Assembly (NCBI GenBank): GCA_018398765.1
Contig: JAHBMJ010000497.1
Location: forward strand, 1 to 46,264
Reading direction: 5' to 3'
DNA from: Chromera velia
Lineage: Eukaryota
DNA: 46,264 bases
The notes beneath the pieces are model-generated. The model searched no databases, was not told where the DNA came from, and saw only the letters and a program-made list of their open reading frames with translations. Shown here piece by piece: positions 9,536-22,735 of this stretch. Made by a program: the position numbers and the translations under genes. How positions within the stretch are numbered: the stretch's first letter is position 1; every line of letters starts with the position of its first letter.

Positions 9536-10761
9536 GCCTCCCGAGTCTAAAGTCGAATGGTTAGTCTAAAGTCAAATGGTCCTATTACTTTTTTTTGTAT
9601 CGTGCAGTACTGACGATTCTTCATGGTATCGCCTAATTCTCTGATCCGATCGGAGGCCGCCAGTTTCACGCCTATTGGAGAGGTAGTAAGGCCCCTTTGA
9701 TTGTGGAAGGCCCGGCCCCTTTTGTGTATACGGCAACCACTGGGCTAATTTGGATGCTTGAGGGCAGGGTGGAGAGCTACTTGCACTTTCTTCCAAACCT
9801 GTCTCTCGACTCCATCAAAGCTAGACTGTCGACAGACCATCGTATTCCTCTTCTCTTTCATGGGCGAGAGACCTACTTTTGGGACAAGAAGTCTGTCTGG
9901 TTGTTTGCCGCTCAAAATGCGTTGGTTCTTGATACCGCATGTTCAAATGATGATTCATTGTCTTGCCTTCCATGTAGCAATTGCTGGGACTACATTTGGT
10001 TTGCGCTGGGCCTGTTTGGTAAATCAGATTGTGTCTGTCGTTTCCAGGTCAATTGGAAGAGAGAAAACACCTACTCATGAAGTCTTTTAGGTCTACAGTT
10101 TCGTAAGAGTCGATAGTGAACTCGGAGAATTGGTCCAGCCTGCCTCGATGCCTTCAACCAGACATCGTGGTACAGGTTGGTTCCTTCCTACTTTGCTCTG
10201 TTTGATTTGATGTTTAGTTCTTACATTTATGATAAACATGTGTTTAATTTTTGCAGACGGCGGCAGAGCTTCAGATTTCTCCTGCAGTCTTGGGGCATCA
10301 GTTTCAAAAAGTTCGCTGCAGGGGGGGGACTGTTCGGGGATGTCTTGGGTGTTCTTGAAGAAATCTGAACTTCTTGAAAGTCTATGTTAGTCGTGATTAT
10401 GAGATTCTAGTGACATGCCCCTGTAGGCCTTTCCCTTTTAATTTCTGTCTTGAGAACTTATCATTCAAAGTTAGTACTCAGAAGAATGACAATTGTATTG
10501 AAGATTAACTCCAATCAATTTAATAGTGATGAAATCATGAATATGTAATTAACATATAGGTAACACGCATCATGTATATATCATTTTCATGATTCCTTAA
10601 ATGTATGTTAATTTGTAACGATTAAGTCAAATTTAGTCAATCATACGGCATATTTGGACTAGAAATCAATTTTTAAACTATAAATCCAAAGTTTAGTGAC
10701 TCTAGTTTTACATTGACCAATGACTTAAACATTGACTCAAATATAATAAAATCTAAACTAC

Positions 10762-11205
10762 CAGAGTTGTTAAAGTGTTTAGCCAATATATTTAGCCAAA
10801 GTTTGGGCCTTTGGTTATGTTTTAGCCAAATATATCCAAATATAAACGGGAGCACAAATCTTTGAAAAATGTGTGTTTTATTCTTAAAAAATCGTTTGTA
10901 TCCCAGAAGAATTACCAATATAAGGATAAAATTGTCACGTACTTTTTAGGCAACTTAATTCGTGCCAGATTATCTATACATGACCCTTTATAATGACCTT
11001 ATTGATCGAATTTTATCAACATTTTTTTCTGTTACTCTGACTGTTTGAGTCTTTGACATATTCAACTACTTCCGTCCAAACCGAAGAAAGCTCCATCTAA
11101 CACAGTTCTCAATATGTCCAAATATATCCAAAAGTTTGGATATAACCCAAATTTTGCCTTCGGTTATGGGTATAGATAGATATATTGAAAAGTTTAACAA
11201 CTTTG
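10762..11205. mobile_element. Non-autonomous hAT-type element (MITE), 444 bp
   Basis: 13-bp TIRs CAGAGTTGTTAAA / TTTAACAACTTTG (1 mismatch); perfect 8-bp TSD TAAACTAC at 10754-10761 and 11206-11213; subterminal repeats (ccaaatatatccaaa, ccaaaagtttgg) near both ends. Confidence 0.88.
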
Positions 11206-12436
11206 TAAACTACTTTGAATTAAAAACTAGATTAAAAACAATATTTGCAGGGGCATCTATTTATATATATATGTGTGTTGTCATACCAGACTAGGTACGA
11301 CTGTTGAGGCCTAGCTAACGTTGCTACATTAGACCGCGACGCAACGTAGGACGCAACCCAAAACATTTATCAGAAATTTATCTTATCCTATCAGTGTTAT
11401 CACATATCATAAATCACTGGCATAATGATAGATCTTTATAGTTTGTATAAACAACCCTAGAAACAACCTAATAAATAAACAACGTGAAATGCTAAAAATC
11501 TTAATTAAAGTGAAACAGCTAGTATAAGAAACTTAAATGAAATTTAAGCTTTTCTTTTTCAGGTTACAACTAGTTGTTTTGTTCTTATTATGGTGAAAGT
11601 AAACCTAGAAGTCAACATTCTAGTGAACACTTGATCTCTTACTTTTATTTCAGAAGTGAATTAAAATATAGCGGGAAGTCTCCCGGGGAAGACCTAGTGC
11701 CGCTAATCAAATGTTACGTACGGAACCTACAAATCAATCAATGTTGCGTACAGGCTAGCAGCCTAGGAATACAGACTCACAGAATATAGAGATGTACAGG
11801 CCGAGTACAAAGTCCAAGGACTGTCAGATCAGGCTAGGGGGGGGGAAAGAGGTTTCAACCAGTGTGGATCGATTAGAATTAATGTAGTCAGAAGCAAATA
11901 TTCTGCCGTAACAGTGCCGTTCAGGGTTCAACCCGCATATGCGAGCGCGAGGTATCTGGCCGGGGCATACCGGAATCACTGTGTAAGACGCATCACAGCG
12001 GCACACAATAATCAATCAATCAATTAATCAAAACTATTGAAATCACTTAGAATTCAACAGGCTTAGTAGGAAATCACATCCTAGATCCTAGCCTTAGATC
12101 ACGCCTATCTAGACGCCTATATCTAATGTTAGATATGCGAATGTTCGAACCGTAGTCACGGCGTAGTGGAATCTGAATCATTATCTGATCCTTCAAATGA
12201 ACGGTTTTTAATGAAAAGCCTTATAAGCGTTCCGTTGACACACACGCAGACTTGTGAGTATTTGTGACATAGGGTACAGTGTAGATGACGTCTAGGCACA
12301 ACGTTTTCAAGTCGAAGGAAGCAGTATGCAACCCTGACTGCCGGAGCTGATCCGATAAAGAGTCTGTCTCTGTCTAGGTCTCTGTCTGTGTTTATCTTCA
12401 TCTCTCTTGCGCCCCCCCCCCCCTTCCTCTCTCCCT

Positions 12437-12439
<3 letters not shown>

Positions 12440-12471
<32 letters not shown>
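12440..12471 (+). repeat. (TG)n microsatellite
   Basis: Pure TG run. Confidence 0.9.
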
Positions 12472-12473
<2 letters not shown>

Positions 12474-12866
12474 ACAGTGTGTGTCTATCTGCCAGCCAGC
12501 CACCCCGGCTCTCTGCTTCTGTCTGAGTCTGTGTTTCTGCATCTGTGTCGCTGTGTTTTCGTCTGTGCCTGTCTGTGTCTGTGTCTGTCCATGCCCGGCT
12601 GTGTCTGTCTGTCTTCTCGGCCCGGCCTGCATGTGACTGCCTACCTGTTGACCTGTTTGTGGGTTGGTGCGCCTGCTTGTATGTCTCTCTTTGTACTCTC
12701 TGCCTGCCTGGATGCCAAGTGCCTGTCTTCTGAGAAATACGTACTTATTTTTGTCCGGTTGACGCCCCCCACAAAACCCCAAAAAAGCTTCATGTAAAAA
12801 CTGTCTGCTCCTGAATAAATGATAAGACGTACTTTCATGGATTGACTCGGTTCATTAAAGGGAGCG

Positions 12867-13418
12867 TCAATAATTGAATCTGTCGGGGGCCACTTCAAAG
12901 TATTTGAAGTACCAGTTGGTTCCAAGATCAGGGTGGCAATTTGCCTGATCCACTCCCCAGGCAATGACCAGAGAGGAGAGTTCGGTTCCTTCTCTGCACT
13001 CGTTGCTGGAGTAGGCAGTGTACTTCAATAGTTTCCCCTCCGTGATATGGTACTTGAAGAAGTAAGTCGCGTTTATGCCCACGTGCTCGATGCACCCAAT
13101 CATGCACATCTGGTCCGAAAACCGCATGTTCGTATCCACGCCACCCCACCAACAGTCGTCCCTTTCGCGGTACCAGCACAACACGCCCAGTTTTTCTTTT
13201 TTGAATGCATTGCCAAAAATAAAGACAAAGAGGCGCCACGCCACAAAGGTCACAAGCAGAGCTGCCCCAAGACGCTTAAGCGTCGGCTGGCTTGGGAGAA
13301 ATCGAGAAGGAGAGGAGAGAGGGTGCAACAGATACGCAAGGAAGCAACGGAGTGACAAGCTTTCTTCCTCTGCGCCGCCCCTGTCTTTGCCCAATCCGAA
13401 TTCGTCCCCTTTCTTCAT
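12867..13418 (-). CDS. 183-aa probable type II membrane protein with Cys-rich C-terminal domain, unknown function
   Basis: ATG-started ORF with non-repetitive composition, hydrophobic helix LGAALLVTFVAWRLFVFIFG and six Cys in the C-terminal half; divergent from the TPR gene. Confidence 0.6.
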   Translation of the reverse strand: MKKGDEFGLGKDRGGAEEESLSLRCFLAYLLHPLSSPSRFLPSQPTLKRLGAALLVTFVAWRLFVFIFGNAFKKEKLGVLCWYRERDDCWWGGVDTNMRFSDQMCMIGCIEHVGINATYFFKYHITEGKLLKYTAYSSNECREGTELSSLVIAWGVDQANCHPDLGTNWYFKYFEVAPDRFNY

Positions 13419-14048
13419 CCTTCTCTTGGAGTCTCGCTGTATCTCATTTCGCCTCGGACCCTGGCTCAGCAGAAACTATTCATACGTACATTTCTTCTTC
13501 CCTTGGCGCCGTTGCTTTGCTTGCGGACCCCCGCTGCAAGGTCCAAACTTTCAGCTTTCTGACGTTGGGGGTTTCACGAGGACATGTGAGTCTACCAGGC
13601 GGACACTGCAAGCCCATCTGTGCACAGAGTTTGAAAGGACAACTGCAACCATCTGGCACACGGATCACTTGGCTGGCGGAGACTGGTAGATACTGGCAGT
13701 GCACAGGATTCAACGATCGATCGAAGATCTTTTTCCTACGACGGTTCAAGCCGCGTATAGACGGCTCGAGCTAGCGGACATATATGGACATATATATTAA
13801 TATAGGCCTCGGCATGCCCTTTCTCAACTCGAAATCGCGCGCGCGGGACCGCTATTGGACCCCGCGGCACCGAAAACCTGGCCCCGCAATGCGATACAAA
13901 CTCGGACATTCGTGTTTGAAGGGTTATACTCTATTCCGTGAAGACATGTGGCGTGCTTCGACCCCTTCGAAGCAGCGATTGGTCTTTATTTTGCACTGTT
14001 TTCTACGATGCTTCCATGTCAGAATTTGTCCTAAGGATACCCGCAATC

Positions 14049-17000
14049 ATGTTGTTTCGTGCACTTTCGGTTGGTCTCATTCTGTCGGAGACGGCTGCCT
14101 TTGTCCGTCAGGTCCCGTCTCCTGCATCCGTCTCTTCGAAGGGAGGCTTCCGACGGTCCAAACAGCCGTCTCCCGTCTTGTCAAGCCTCTCTGCAGTACC
14201 AGAAAGTGCTGCAGTGTTTCAAATTCCCTCATCAGAGAAGTTCCAATCCCTCTCGTCTTCCGGCTCTTCAGTGCCTCGGAGACTGTCTGATCTTGGGTTC
14301 TCTGTCGTCACCCTCCAAGAGGATGCACGGTTCCAGGACCTCACCTCAGTCAAGTGGACCCCCCCCCCGGGGTACAGGTCGCTTGGATTTGGGGGAGGGT
14401 CCACAAGCAGCCCTGTGGAGCTTCCGGCAGAAAGATCCTCGGAGAGTCCAGAAGAATTAAAGCAGGAAGCGGAGACGCTGTCCGAGAAGATCAAGGAAAT
14501 CCGGATGAGGTCAACCAAAGAGACCAAGAAGAAGCAGCAGTCGGGGGGAAGCGGAGAAACAAGTTCAAAGGTTCAACTCGATGATCGACAAAGGCAATTT
14601 GTCCTGATCAAGAAAGGTGTGTTTGGCCTCCTCTCTTGTGAGACTGACTGTCTGCTTGTATGGGTCTCCCCTCTCTATCCGTCTCTCTTCTTCTTTCCTT
14701 CTCCCTGCCTCCTCTGGTCCCTTCTCTTACTGAGATTCTTTCTTTTTGTTGTCGCCGTCTCCTTCCCTCCAGCCTCCCCTTTTTGCCCCAGCTTCATATC
14801 CTTCCCGGTTTCTTTGACGAAGTTTTCTTTTCCTCTCATGCAGGGATGGATCAGACGTCTGACGGAGACTATAAGGGAGCCGAGAAAACGTTCTCGAACA
14901 TCATCGACAAATACGAACAGGGGGGAGGTTCGGAAAAGTCAACTTCGCTGGTTGCACGCGCCTACTCAAACAGGTCCTTTCTTTCATGCCAAGCAAGGGA
15001 AGGTGGACAGACGCAGGGCGCAGATCAATTTTCGTAAGAGCCACATTTCTGTATCCCAGTCGATGCGGTCCGTGAAGCCAAAATGAATAGCATAAACGAA
15101 GGGGGGGGGCGAGGCGGAAGAAGGACAGAATGATATTTGGGTAATCAAAAGGATTGGATGACGTTCAGCGTCTCGGTTGTGCATGTGATGATCTCTTCCC
15201 TCCTTCATTTGTTGTCGCTTTTCCTTCTTGAAAGGACATGCGAGTCCATGGTCTTCTGGGTGGCCCACCTGGATTCTGCTCTTCATTCTGATGTTGGAGA
15301 TCATTTTTGTGGTTCCATCTGGGGTTTCATGAGAGTCTTGCAAGATGGAAGGCTGCGTGACGGTGCCCCTGCAGAGGGAACGTGAGAAGCTTGCTTGGCG
15401 ACACGAATGGAGCCATCCTTGACTTTAGGTCAGCTGTGCCTTCCAACTCGAATGCGAATCGTTCCTTTCACACACTGACTCTCTCTCGTTTTTCTCTTTC
15501 TCTTTCTCTCTCTGCCACCCCCAACCCCCGTTTTCTCACGTACACACACACACACACGCACGCACGCGCGCACGCGCGCGCGCACACGCACACGAATCTC
15601 TTCCCTTCCTCTTCAAGAGTCAGGGAGGCTTTTGATGGCGGCCTGATTGCCTTCTCTTTTTTTTCAGTTGACATGCCAAGAGAGTGGAAAGTGGAAATTG
15701 GTACGGAAATGTACGGAAGAGGGGATGCTGACGGCCCTCCCAGGCTTCTCAGAAAGAATGGTTTTCTTTCTGAAAGGCTTAATGGGAGTCTGTCTGTCTG
15801 TCTGGTACACTTTTGTTCCTTTAAAGTCTCACCAGTGACCTCTTCCCCTGCTGCCTCAATCCTTGCAGTGAGGCCATCGAGCTCGACCCTGACCAGCCTG
15901 ACTTCTGGGCCAACCGTGGGTTGATCTACCAGCAGATTGGAGACACCGCGAGGTCGGACGCTCTCTCAGATGTCTGGAAGAAGGCAGGCAATCAGGCCAA
16001 GCAGCTGAAGAGCAAGGAGATCGACCTCCAGACTGTGTATAACGAGGTCAACCAGCCCACCTCCGTGAGTGGAGTGAAGAGAGGCAGGGGGGAGAGGAAG
16101 CTCAGCGCTCTGCAACTTGCAGCACAATGGTACCAGGTCAGCCAGAGGGGAGGAGGGAGGGAGAGTTCAAAGCCAGAACAGGTGGAAGAGCATAAGGAAG
16201 ACAGAGAAAGGCCGCCTCTGGGTCTGAACTTGTGCGTATGAACTGGAGGCAGTCTGTCTGTCTGTCTGTCTGTCTGCCTGCCTGTCTGTCTGTCTGTCTA
16301 TTTTCCACTTTATCATCAATCTAGTAAGTCTGCAGGTCCCTCCCAGGAGTTTTCTGTCTTTTCATTTTTCCCTTGCATCGGTCCCTTCCTTCACGTGTCT
16401 CTCTCTCATAGCGTTTCCTCACTGGCTCGTGTCTTTGCGTTCCTGTACGCACTCTTCCTCTTTTCCTGCGACTGTGTGCGTCGATTTCTTTCAGGAGGCG
16501 AACGACAACTACGACCACACCTTGGTGCTTTCCCCCGGTGATGCCAAAATTTACGCGTCGCAGGTTGGGTCGTTCGTTTATTTGCGGACATTGTGCAGGG
16601 GAAAAAGAAAAAGGAACCGAGCGACGCGGGACGGACAGCCAGATACAGAAGGCGGGCATTGTGCAAAAGAAGGAAAGGAGGGGCAGCCAAGCATAAAAGA
16701 AGGGGTCGATCGTTGGTCTTCGCATTGCTTTGGATTGATTTGTTTTTTCTTGCAGCCCTCTTTGTTGACAACGAGAAAGGCTCCACAAAGAGCTTCGTTT
16801 CTGTTTGTTGTTGTCGAGTCCCTGGTTTCCATCCCTCGGCTGGCTTCCTTTTGAAATTACTGTCGTTCTCTCTCTGTCCGTCTCTCTGCTTGATGCTGAT
16901 CCAGGCCGACATCGCATCCAACCTGGGGGACCATGCAAAGGCACAGAAGCTGTACGCCAAGGCACTCACCATCTCTCCCGGAAACCCCGGTATAGCAGCG

Positions 17001-18814
17001 AGACAGGCCCTGGAAGCGCTTCAGGTCAGCGGTCGGGCGAGGGGGTGAGGGCCTTGCTTTGATTCAGGTAGCATGCTGTTGGACTGTCTTCCTCAGACTG
17101 TAGGCAAGTGAGAACACATTCCCGCCCTCTGAAAACGAAAGAGGAAAAAAAAAAAGAGCACATCCAGAAGGAAGGAGGGGGTGTACAAGTGAAGAAGCGA
17201 TTTTGGGGCAACAAAGGGGGCTGGCTGCTTTCCTGGGCATGGATGGATCTGCAGAACGTGCCGCCTTCTCTTTACTGAGTGAGGGGAAACAGAGAAAGAC
17301 GCATGATGTTTGAGGGACTTTCAATCAAGCTAGAACCGAATTAAGTGATGGAGACATGCAATGAAGGTCACCGACTTGATGCATCGCAGCTGTGTATTTG
17401 GACTCTTCTCTCCCTGACAAGAATTCAAAACTGGTTCCTCTGTATCAACCAACCAAGACGGTCCTTGTCCCTCTTGATTCTTTTGCATCAAGAGAGTCAC
17501 GAGATCCTTGCAACGTATGTGGGCGCAATGACATCAATGACTCCTTCCGCGGTTCGCTGATGATTTTCTTCGCCTGTCTCTTCCTTCGTTCCTTCCTTTC
17601 TTTATTCCTTACAGGCTGGGGATTTCAAGTCTGGCGAGTCACTCATCTACAACGTCCTCAGGTGAGGGAGGGAGGGAGAATTAACAAACACCTTTCCTCC
17701 GGCATGCCGTCCTGCATGCATGCATCTAGCCACCTTCCTTCCTTCACGTCCTACCTTGCTTGCTGTTTGCGCAACAAAGCCTACGCTTGATTGCAAAGAC
17801 TCTTTCTTTCAGGAGTCCGATGGCCCGACTGAGTAGACTGAGCTGACTGACTGGCTGATCGAAATCTCCTAGCTCGAGTGTCTATGATTGCTTCTTCTTT
17901 CTTGTTTCTGCATGAATGCAGATCCTATCCGGACTTTTGGGAACTCCAGCTTGCCAAATCCGTTTTGTTGTTCATCAACGGTACGTAGGTCTGTCTGGTC
18001 TGCACTTGGCCTGATTCTGTTATCCCCCCTTTTGTGACCCTGATTGCCGTTTGTATAGCGGCTTCAGTTTTCAGAAAGAAAAAGCGGGGGGCTCGCTTTT
18101 TTCAAATTGAGAGGAGGACGCAGCGAGAATATCGAAATTCGAAATGCTGCATTAGAAGCCAAACACGACCTTGTAGAGGTGTGAGATTCCTCAGTCTGTC
18201 TGGCTATGCTTATAAGAGCACAAGGACCTTTATCACGTGGTAGGTCCGAGTTCGTTCCTTGATCAATAAATCAACCAATATTATTTTCTTATCCCTCTCT
18301 GTTGCCTTCAGGAGATCCTGTCAGTGGTGTCGGTCTGTATAAGGTCGCGACGCAGCAGGAGCCTTTGCTCTTGGATGAGCTTCACGTCGTTAGAGATCTG
18401 AGGTGGGTCAGAGAGACTGCTTGTCTGCGCAGCCAGCAGATGGAAAGCTGTTGTTCATCTTCAGAGTGGTGTGGCGAGAAGAAACAGAAAAGGAAGGTCA
18501 TCGCCTTTCGTGTGTTGCAATGGCTTTCTCGGGACTCCTGAATGTGAATCCAAGAGGGTGTGGTTGCTGTTTCATGATATCTGTTCGACTACCTTTGTAT
18601 GGATACCAGTAGCCACACTGCAGCTTCACAGCGTGTTTTTGTCCTCCCTGCCTGCCTCCGTACGTACAGATGGCCCCAAAAGCTGGTTGAGCAGCTCCGT
18701 GTCGTCAAAACATCTGGACAGGACCCGGCAGCTCTCATCTCGTCCGCTGGCGGCGGAAGTTTCTCCAAGGGCTCCTACGGGTCCTTTGCGCCGCCACAGA
18801 CCAGACTAAAGTGA
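14049..18814 (+). CDS. Probable plastid-targeted TPR protein (cyanobacterial/plant-type family with C-terminal RWP motif), 10 exons, ~516 aa
   Basis: Exons 14049-14616, 14844-14973, 15375-15428, 15869-16136, 16495-16563, 16905-17024, 17615-17661, 17922-17980, 18312-18402, 18670-18814; all introns GT-AG and phase-consistent (1551 nt). TPR text AYSNRGNVRSLLGDTNGAILDFSEAIELDPDQPDFWANRG; leader MLFRALSVGLILSETAA-F then Ser/Arg-rich. An alternative in-frame ATG lies at 14016. Confidence 0.85.
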
Positions 18815-20612
18815 TCGGCTAATCGACCAGGTCCGTTCTTGAGCCACAGGATGCCACAGGTAGGCATGGAAAGGAATGAAGGAGCTTAGGGACAGAGTTC
18901 AAAGATTTGATCGATCTATCGACAGAGCCAGACCGATCGAGACCTTGTGAAGAAGAGCTGAAAGAGGAACTGTGAGTGTTGAGCGATTCGAAGGCGGGAA
19001 AAGACTCGGAACAGCGGCCTCCGATGTCTTAGTTGCTGCGGGGCGATCGCCACCGATTGTGATGTTTTGATGATAGACTGCGGCTGCTTCTCAGGCTCGT
19101 GTTGCACTACAGCACATCAGCCCGCCACTTTTAGTTGTAGCTTTAGTATCAGTCCACAATGGAAGACTGCACTGAATGCAAATGCAGCCTTTCACTTTTG
19201 AACGCTAGTTTGGAGGCTTTAGGAAGCTTCTGGTACTGAATTATACTAGTCACGCAGTAGCACTAGTCATGGACATACTAGTATAAAAATTTCTATCTGA
19301 TTTTTTTTTTATCTCTTATATGCTATAGCTCATACTAGTTGTTTTTTATTCAATGAGTATCTATAAATTTAATTGCATGTATTGTTTACTTTGTTTAATG
19401 TTTTTAATTATAAAAAACAATGCAGCTAGCAATGCAGTAAGTAAAGTTTGATTAAATAACTGCAAATTGTTCCTAGAATTGTTCCCGTGTAGGTCATGCC
19501 AGCCTGGAGTGTACCTACGCACAGTGTAGTAACGCACTAGCCTGTGCATATACATTATTTGCTTCGCTATTTATTTTTTAAATTTCTTTTTCATGCAAAA
19601 AACAAAGAAAAAATATCATCATTTAATTATATAGTTAAACACTAGTTTAAATATGTTATCAAGTGGTTAAAAATAATATGAAAAATGATTAAAGAAGTGA
19701 TTTTATTTAACATAGTAACTAGCACAGTAAGATGATCTTTATAACTTGAAAGATTCTATTGACGTGTTTTTTATTCTCCCTTTGAGTGATCCAGGATAAT
19801 CCAGGCTGACAATCCATACATAGGCTGTCATGCTTTTAGCCCTTCTAAAGTGGACCCCCTGGTAATCAACTTGATTAGAACCCCTTCATTTTACTTTCTT
19901 TCCATGCATGCCAGAAGCTGGAATGCAGAAAACACTCCATGCACCCTTTCCAATGGGACGGCAGCATCGCTTTCGACCGGCCGGTCCCGCGGTCGAAAAA
20001 AGAAAGAAACGAAGACGCACGGACGAGAGACAGAAGGAGGGAGAAAAGGCGGAGCGAAGAATAAATGTTGAAGGAAAGAAAGCAAGGAACCTAACTTGCC
20101 CCCCGACATCGATCCACCTTTTCCCACCGTCAACCCGAGTTGATTGAGTGGTTCAACTGTCAGCAGACCGGCGGAGTTCGTCCCAAGTGCTTGTTGTGTG
20201 AGCAACGGTTGATGGATGGATGGATGTGATGAGTCCTCTGATCCTCTAGTCACAGGGCCAATCGGCTTTAGAGGAAAGGACTTTAGAAGTAAAAAACCCG
20301 ACGGGGAGGTCGAAGGCCCAAGATCAAATCCAGGGAGAGACGAGACGAGACGAGAAAGACGGCAAGGGAAGGGGAGGCAGGCAGACACTGTCAATTCAAA
20401 ATTAATAGGCAACAACAGGCTCCTTCTACGTGCAGAGTGAAACAGACGCAAACTTTCCTCAATGCCTCCTTCTTGCCCCCACAGACGGTGACCTTCCCAA
20501 CCAAGCTGAGGAGCAAGCAGACACGCACACACCTTCCCAAAGTTTCCCCTCATGCCCAATTGTTTGTTTTCTCAGTTCTCTACTTGAATTATTTCATCAC
20601 TCACTCAGTCAG

Positions 20613-22636
20613 TCAGTCGTTTGCCCGAGACCTAACGAGGAACTTTTGAGAATACGGAGACACATACTTGCTCCCCCCCCCTCCAGGCGATGCCCCCAAT
20701 GCCCCCCCCCCTCCCCCTGCCCCTGACTGATTCACCCCTGCTCCGTTTCCCCCTTCAACTGAGTCATGCGAGATCCCATGCCTAAACCCGGACTTTCCCT
20801 TCAAAGGGTAGGCATGCCCTCCGTGTCCTCCGTGTGGGTGATTCGTGCTCATCGTTGTTGTGGAAGTTAACGCGGTCGGTAGAATCAACCCTGGTCCCGC
20901 GCCCCTCTTCCCACCTGCACCCATATGGACGTACGAAGGTGCTTGACTTGCGCCCCCCCCTCCGCCCCCTCCACCACCTGCAAAGTGGCTCCCATTATTC
21001 CCCCCTGTCGCCAAACTGGAAAGGGCACCCGTCCCTCCAGCCCCGCCGAGGGGAACAGGACCTCCCGACTGTTGGTGGTGTTTGAACGAGGGGAAATTAG
21101 AAAGGGTTGCTGACATCAGCGAAGCCGGTACTGGTACCCCCCCATGCCTCGCTCCACTGTCGTTTGCCCCATTTCTCCCCCCTCCACCCATGTAGACTGT
21201 CATAGCAGGGGACTGGCCATTGGCTCCAAATGAGCCTCCGAAGGGCTTTGTTGTGCCCCCCCCTGCCCCCTTCTCCCTATCTCGATCTCTGTCTCTGTGC
21301 GCATGACTGGCACCAGTCTTCTGTGACTTCACGGCAGCTAGGCGTGTTGCACCTCTGTCTTTGTCCCTTTCTCTCTCTCGATCCTTCTCCCCCCCTCCCC
21401 CCCCTCCCTGTCCGTGATTCTGTCCAAGTGAGGATTGCTTTCCTCCCCCAATTGGTGGGAGAATCCCGGAAGGCCCTCCTCCGATCTCATCCTCCTCTCC
21501 GTGCCCCCCCCCGCGATCAAGGGGTTGCAACTTCTGCGTATGGGACAGAGAGGGCCCCCCTCCTCCGCCATGGGCCCCCCCGTGACCACCACCGTGCGTC
21601 TTGTGTGCTCCACCAGCCTCGTAGGACTGTTGTTTCCGTGGCTGTGATTGGTGAGCGTGCGTGTGAGAATGGGAATGTGGGTTGTGGGAATGAGCGTTCG
21701 AGTGACCTAGATTGCTTGTCGCACCGGTAACGCCCGAATGAGCGTCACCATCCCGATCGTTTGGTGCAAGAGACTGATTGGACCTGTTGTAATGGGTGTG
21801 TGACTGGTCTTTGAGGGTCTTCTCTTTTTCCATTTGGGGGTTCAAGAGGGGAAGCGCCTCTCTGATCTTCGGCAACGCGTCGGCGTTATTGTTCGTGTTT
21901 GAGTTTGCTGCTACCTTTTCATCTCTTTCTCTGTCTCTATCTCGGCGAGTCGATCTTTCGTGGACAGCGTTTTCATCCCTCTCCCTGTCCTTGTCTGTGT
22001 CTCGGCCAGCCTCGGTATTGCCAGAGTTGTGCGCAGGGAGTCTTCTCACCTCTGCCCCCTCTTTTCCTCCTCTGTCCTTTTCCTTTTCCTGGTCCCCCCC
22101 TGGCTTCTCTCTCTCTTTTTCTGGAGATTCGTCCCTCCCTTTCGCATCCCTGTCCTTGTCCCTCTCTCTTTCCTTCTCATCTCTTCGCCTCCTCTCTTTC
22201 TCTTTTTCCTTCTCTGCGCCCCTGTCCTTGCCATCCTTCTCTCCCGCAGCCTCGTCTCGTTCACCCTCACCACCCCCACCCCCCTTCTCGCGCTCCCGAT
22301 CTCGGTCTCCACGAGCGGGCTTTGCGCGGGGCTCCTGCAATAATTCCAAAGGGACAGAAAAGGAAAGAGAGTGCGAGAGACGCTGGGGAGACTGCTACGC
22401 ACATCGCATACAGATTTGTGCATTGTTCTTCAGACACTGGCGGAAGAGAGGCGAAGATGCAGTTTCGGACTGAGAAAGGGAAGTGCACTGAAGCAAGCAA
22501 GAACGGCAAAAACAAAACTTGTGACAAAGCAGGCAGGTAAAACGAGCCAAGGAACAAAAGGAAACAATAAACGAAGAAGATACGGGATGCATTTTTTAGA
22601 CGGAGACGTGCAAAAGCAGCTCAACAACTGTTTCAC

Positions 22637-22668
<32 letters not shown>

Positions 22669-22673
22669 GGGGA

Positions 22674-22735
<62 letters not shown>

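Noticed and set aside
9572..10368. Short ORFs 9697-10080 and neighbours as a gene
   Set aside because: No recognisable motif on either strand; at most an unidentifiable decayed coding relic
12156..12797. Cys/Val-rich or Thr/His-rich ORFs
   Set aside because: Products of TG and TGTC microsatellites
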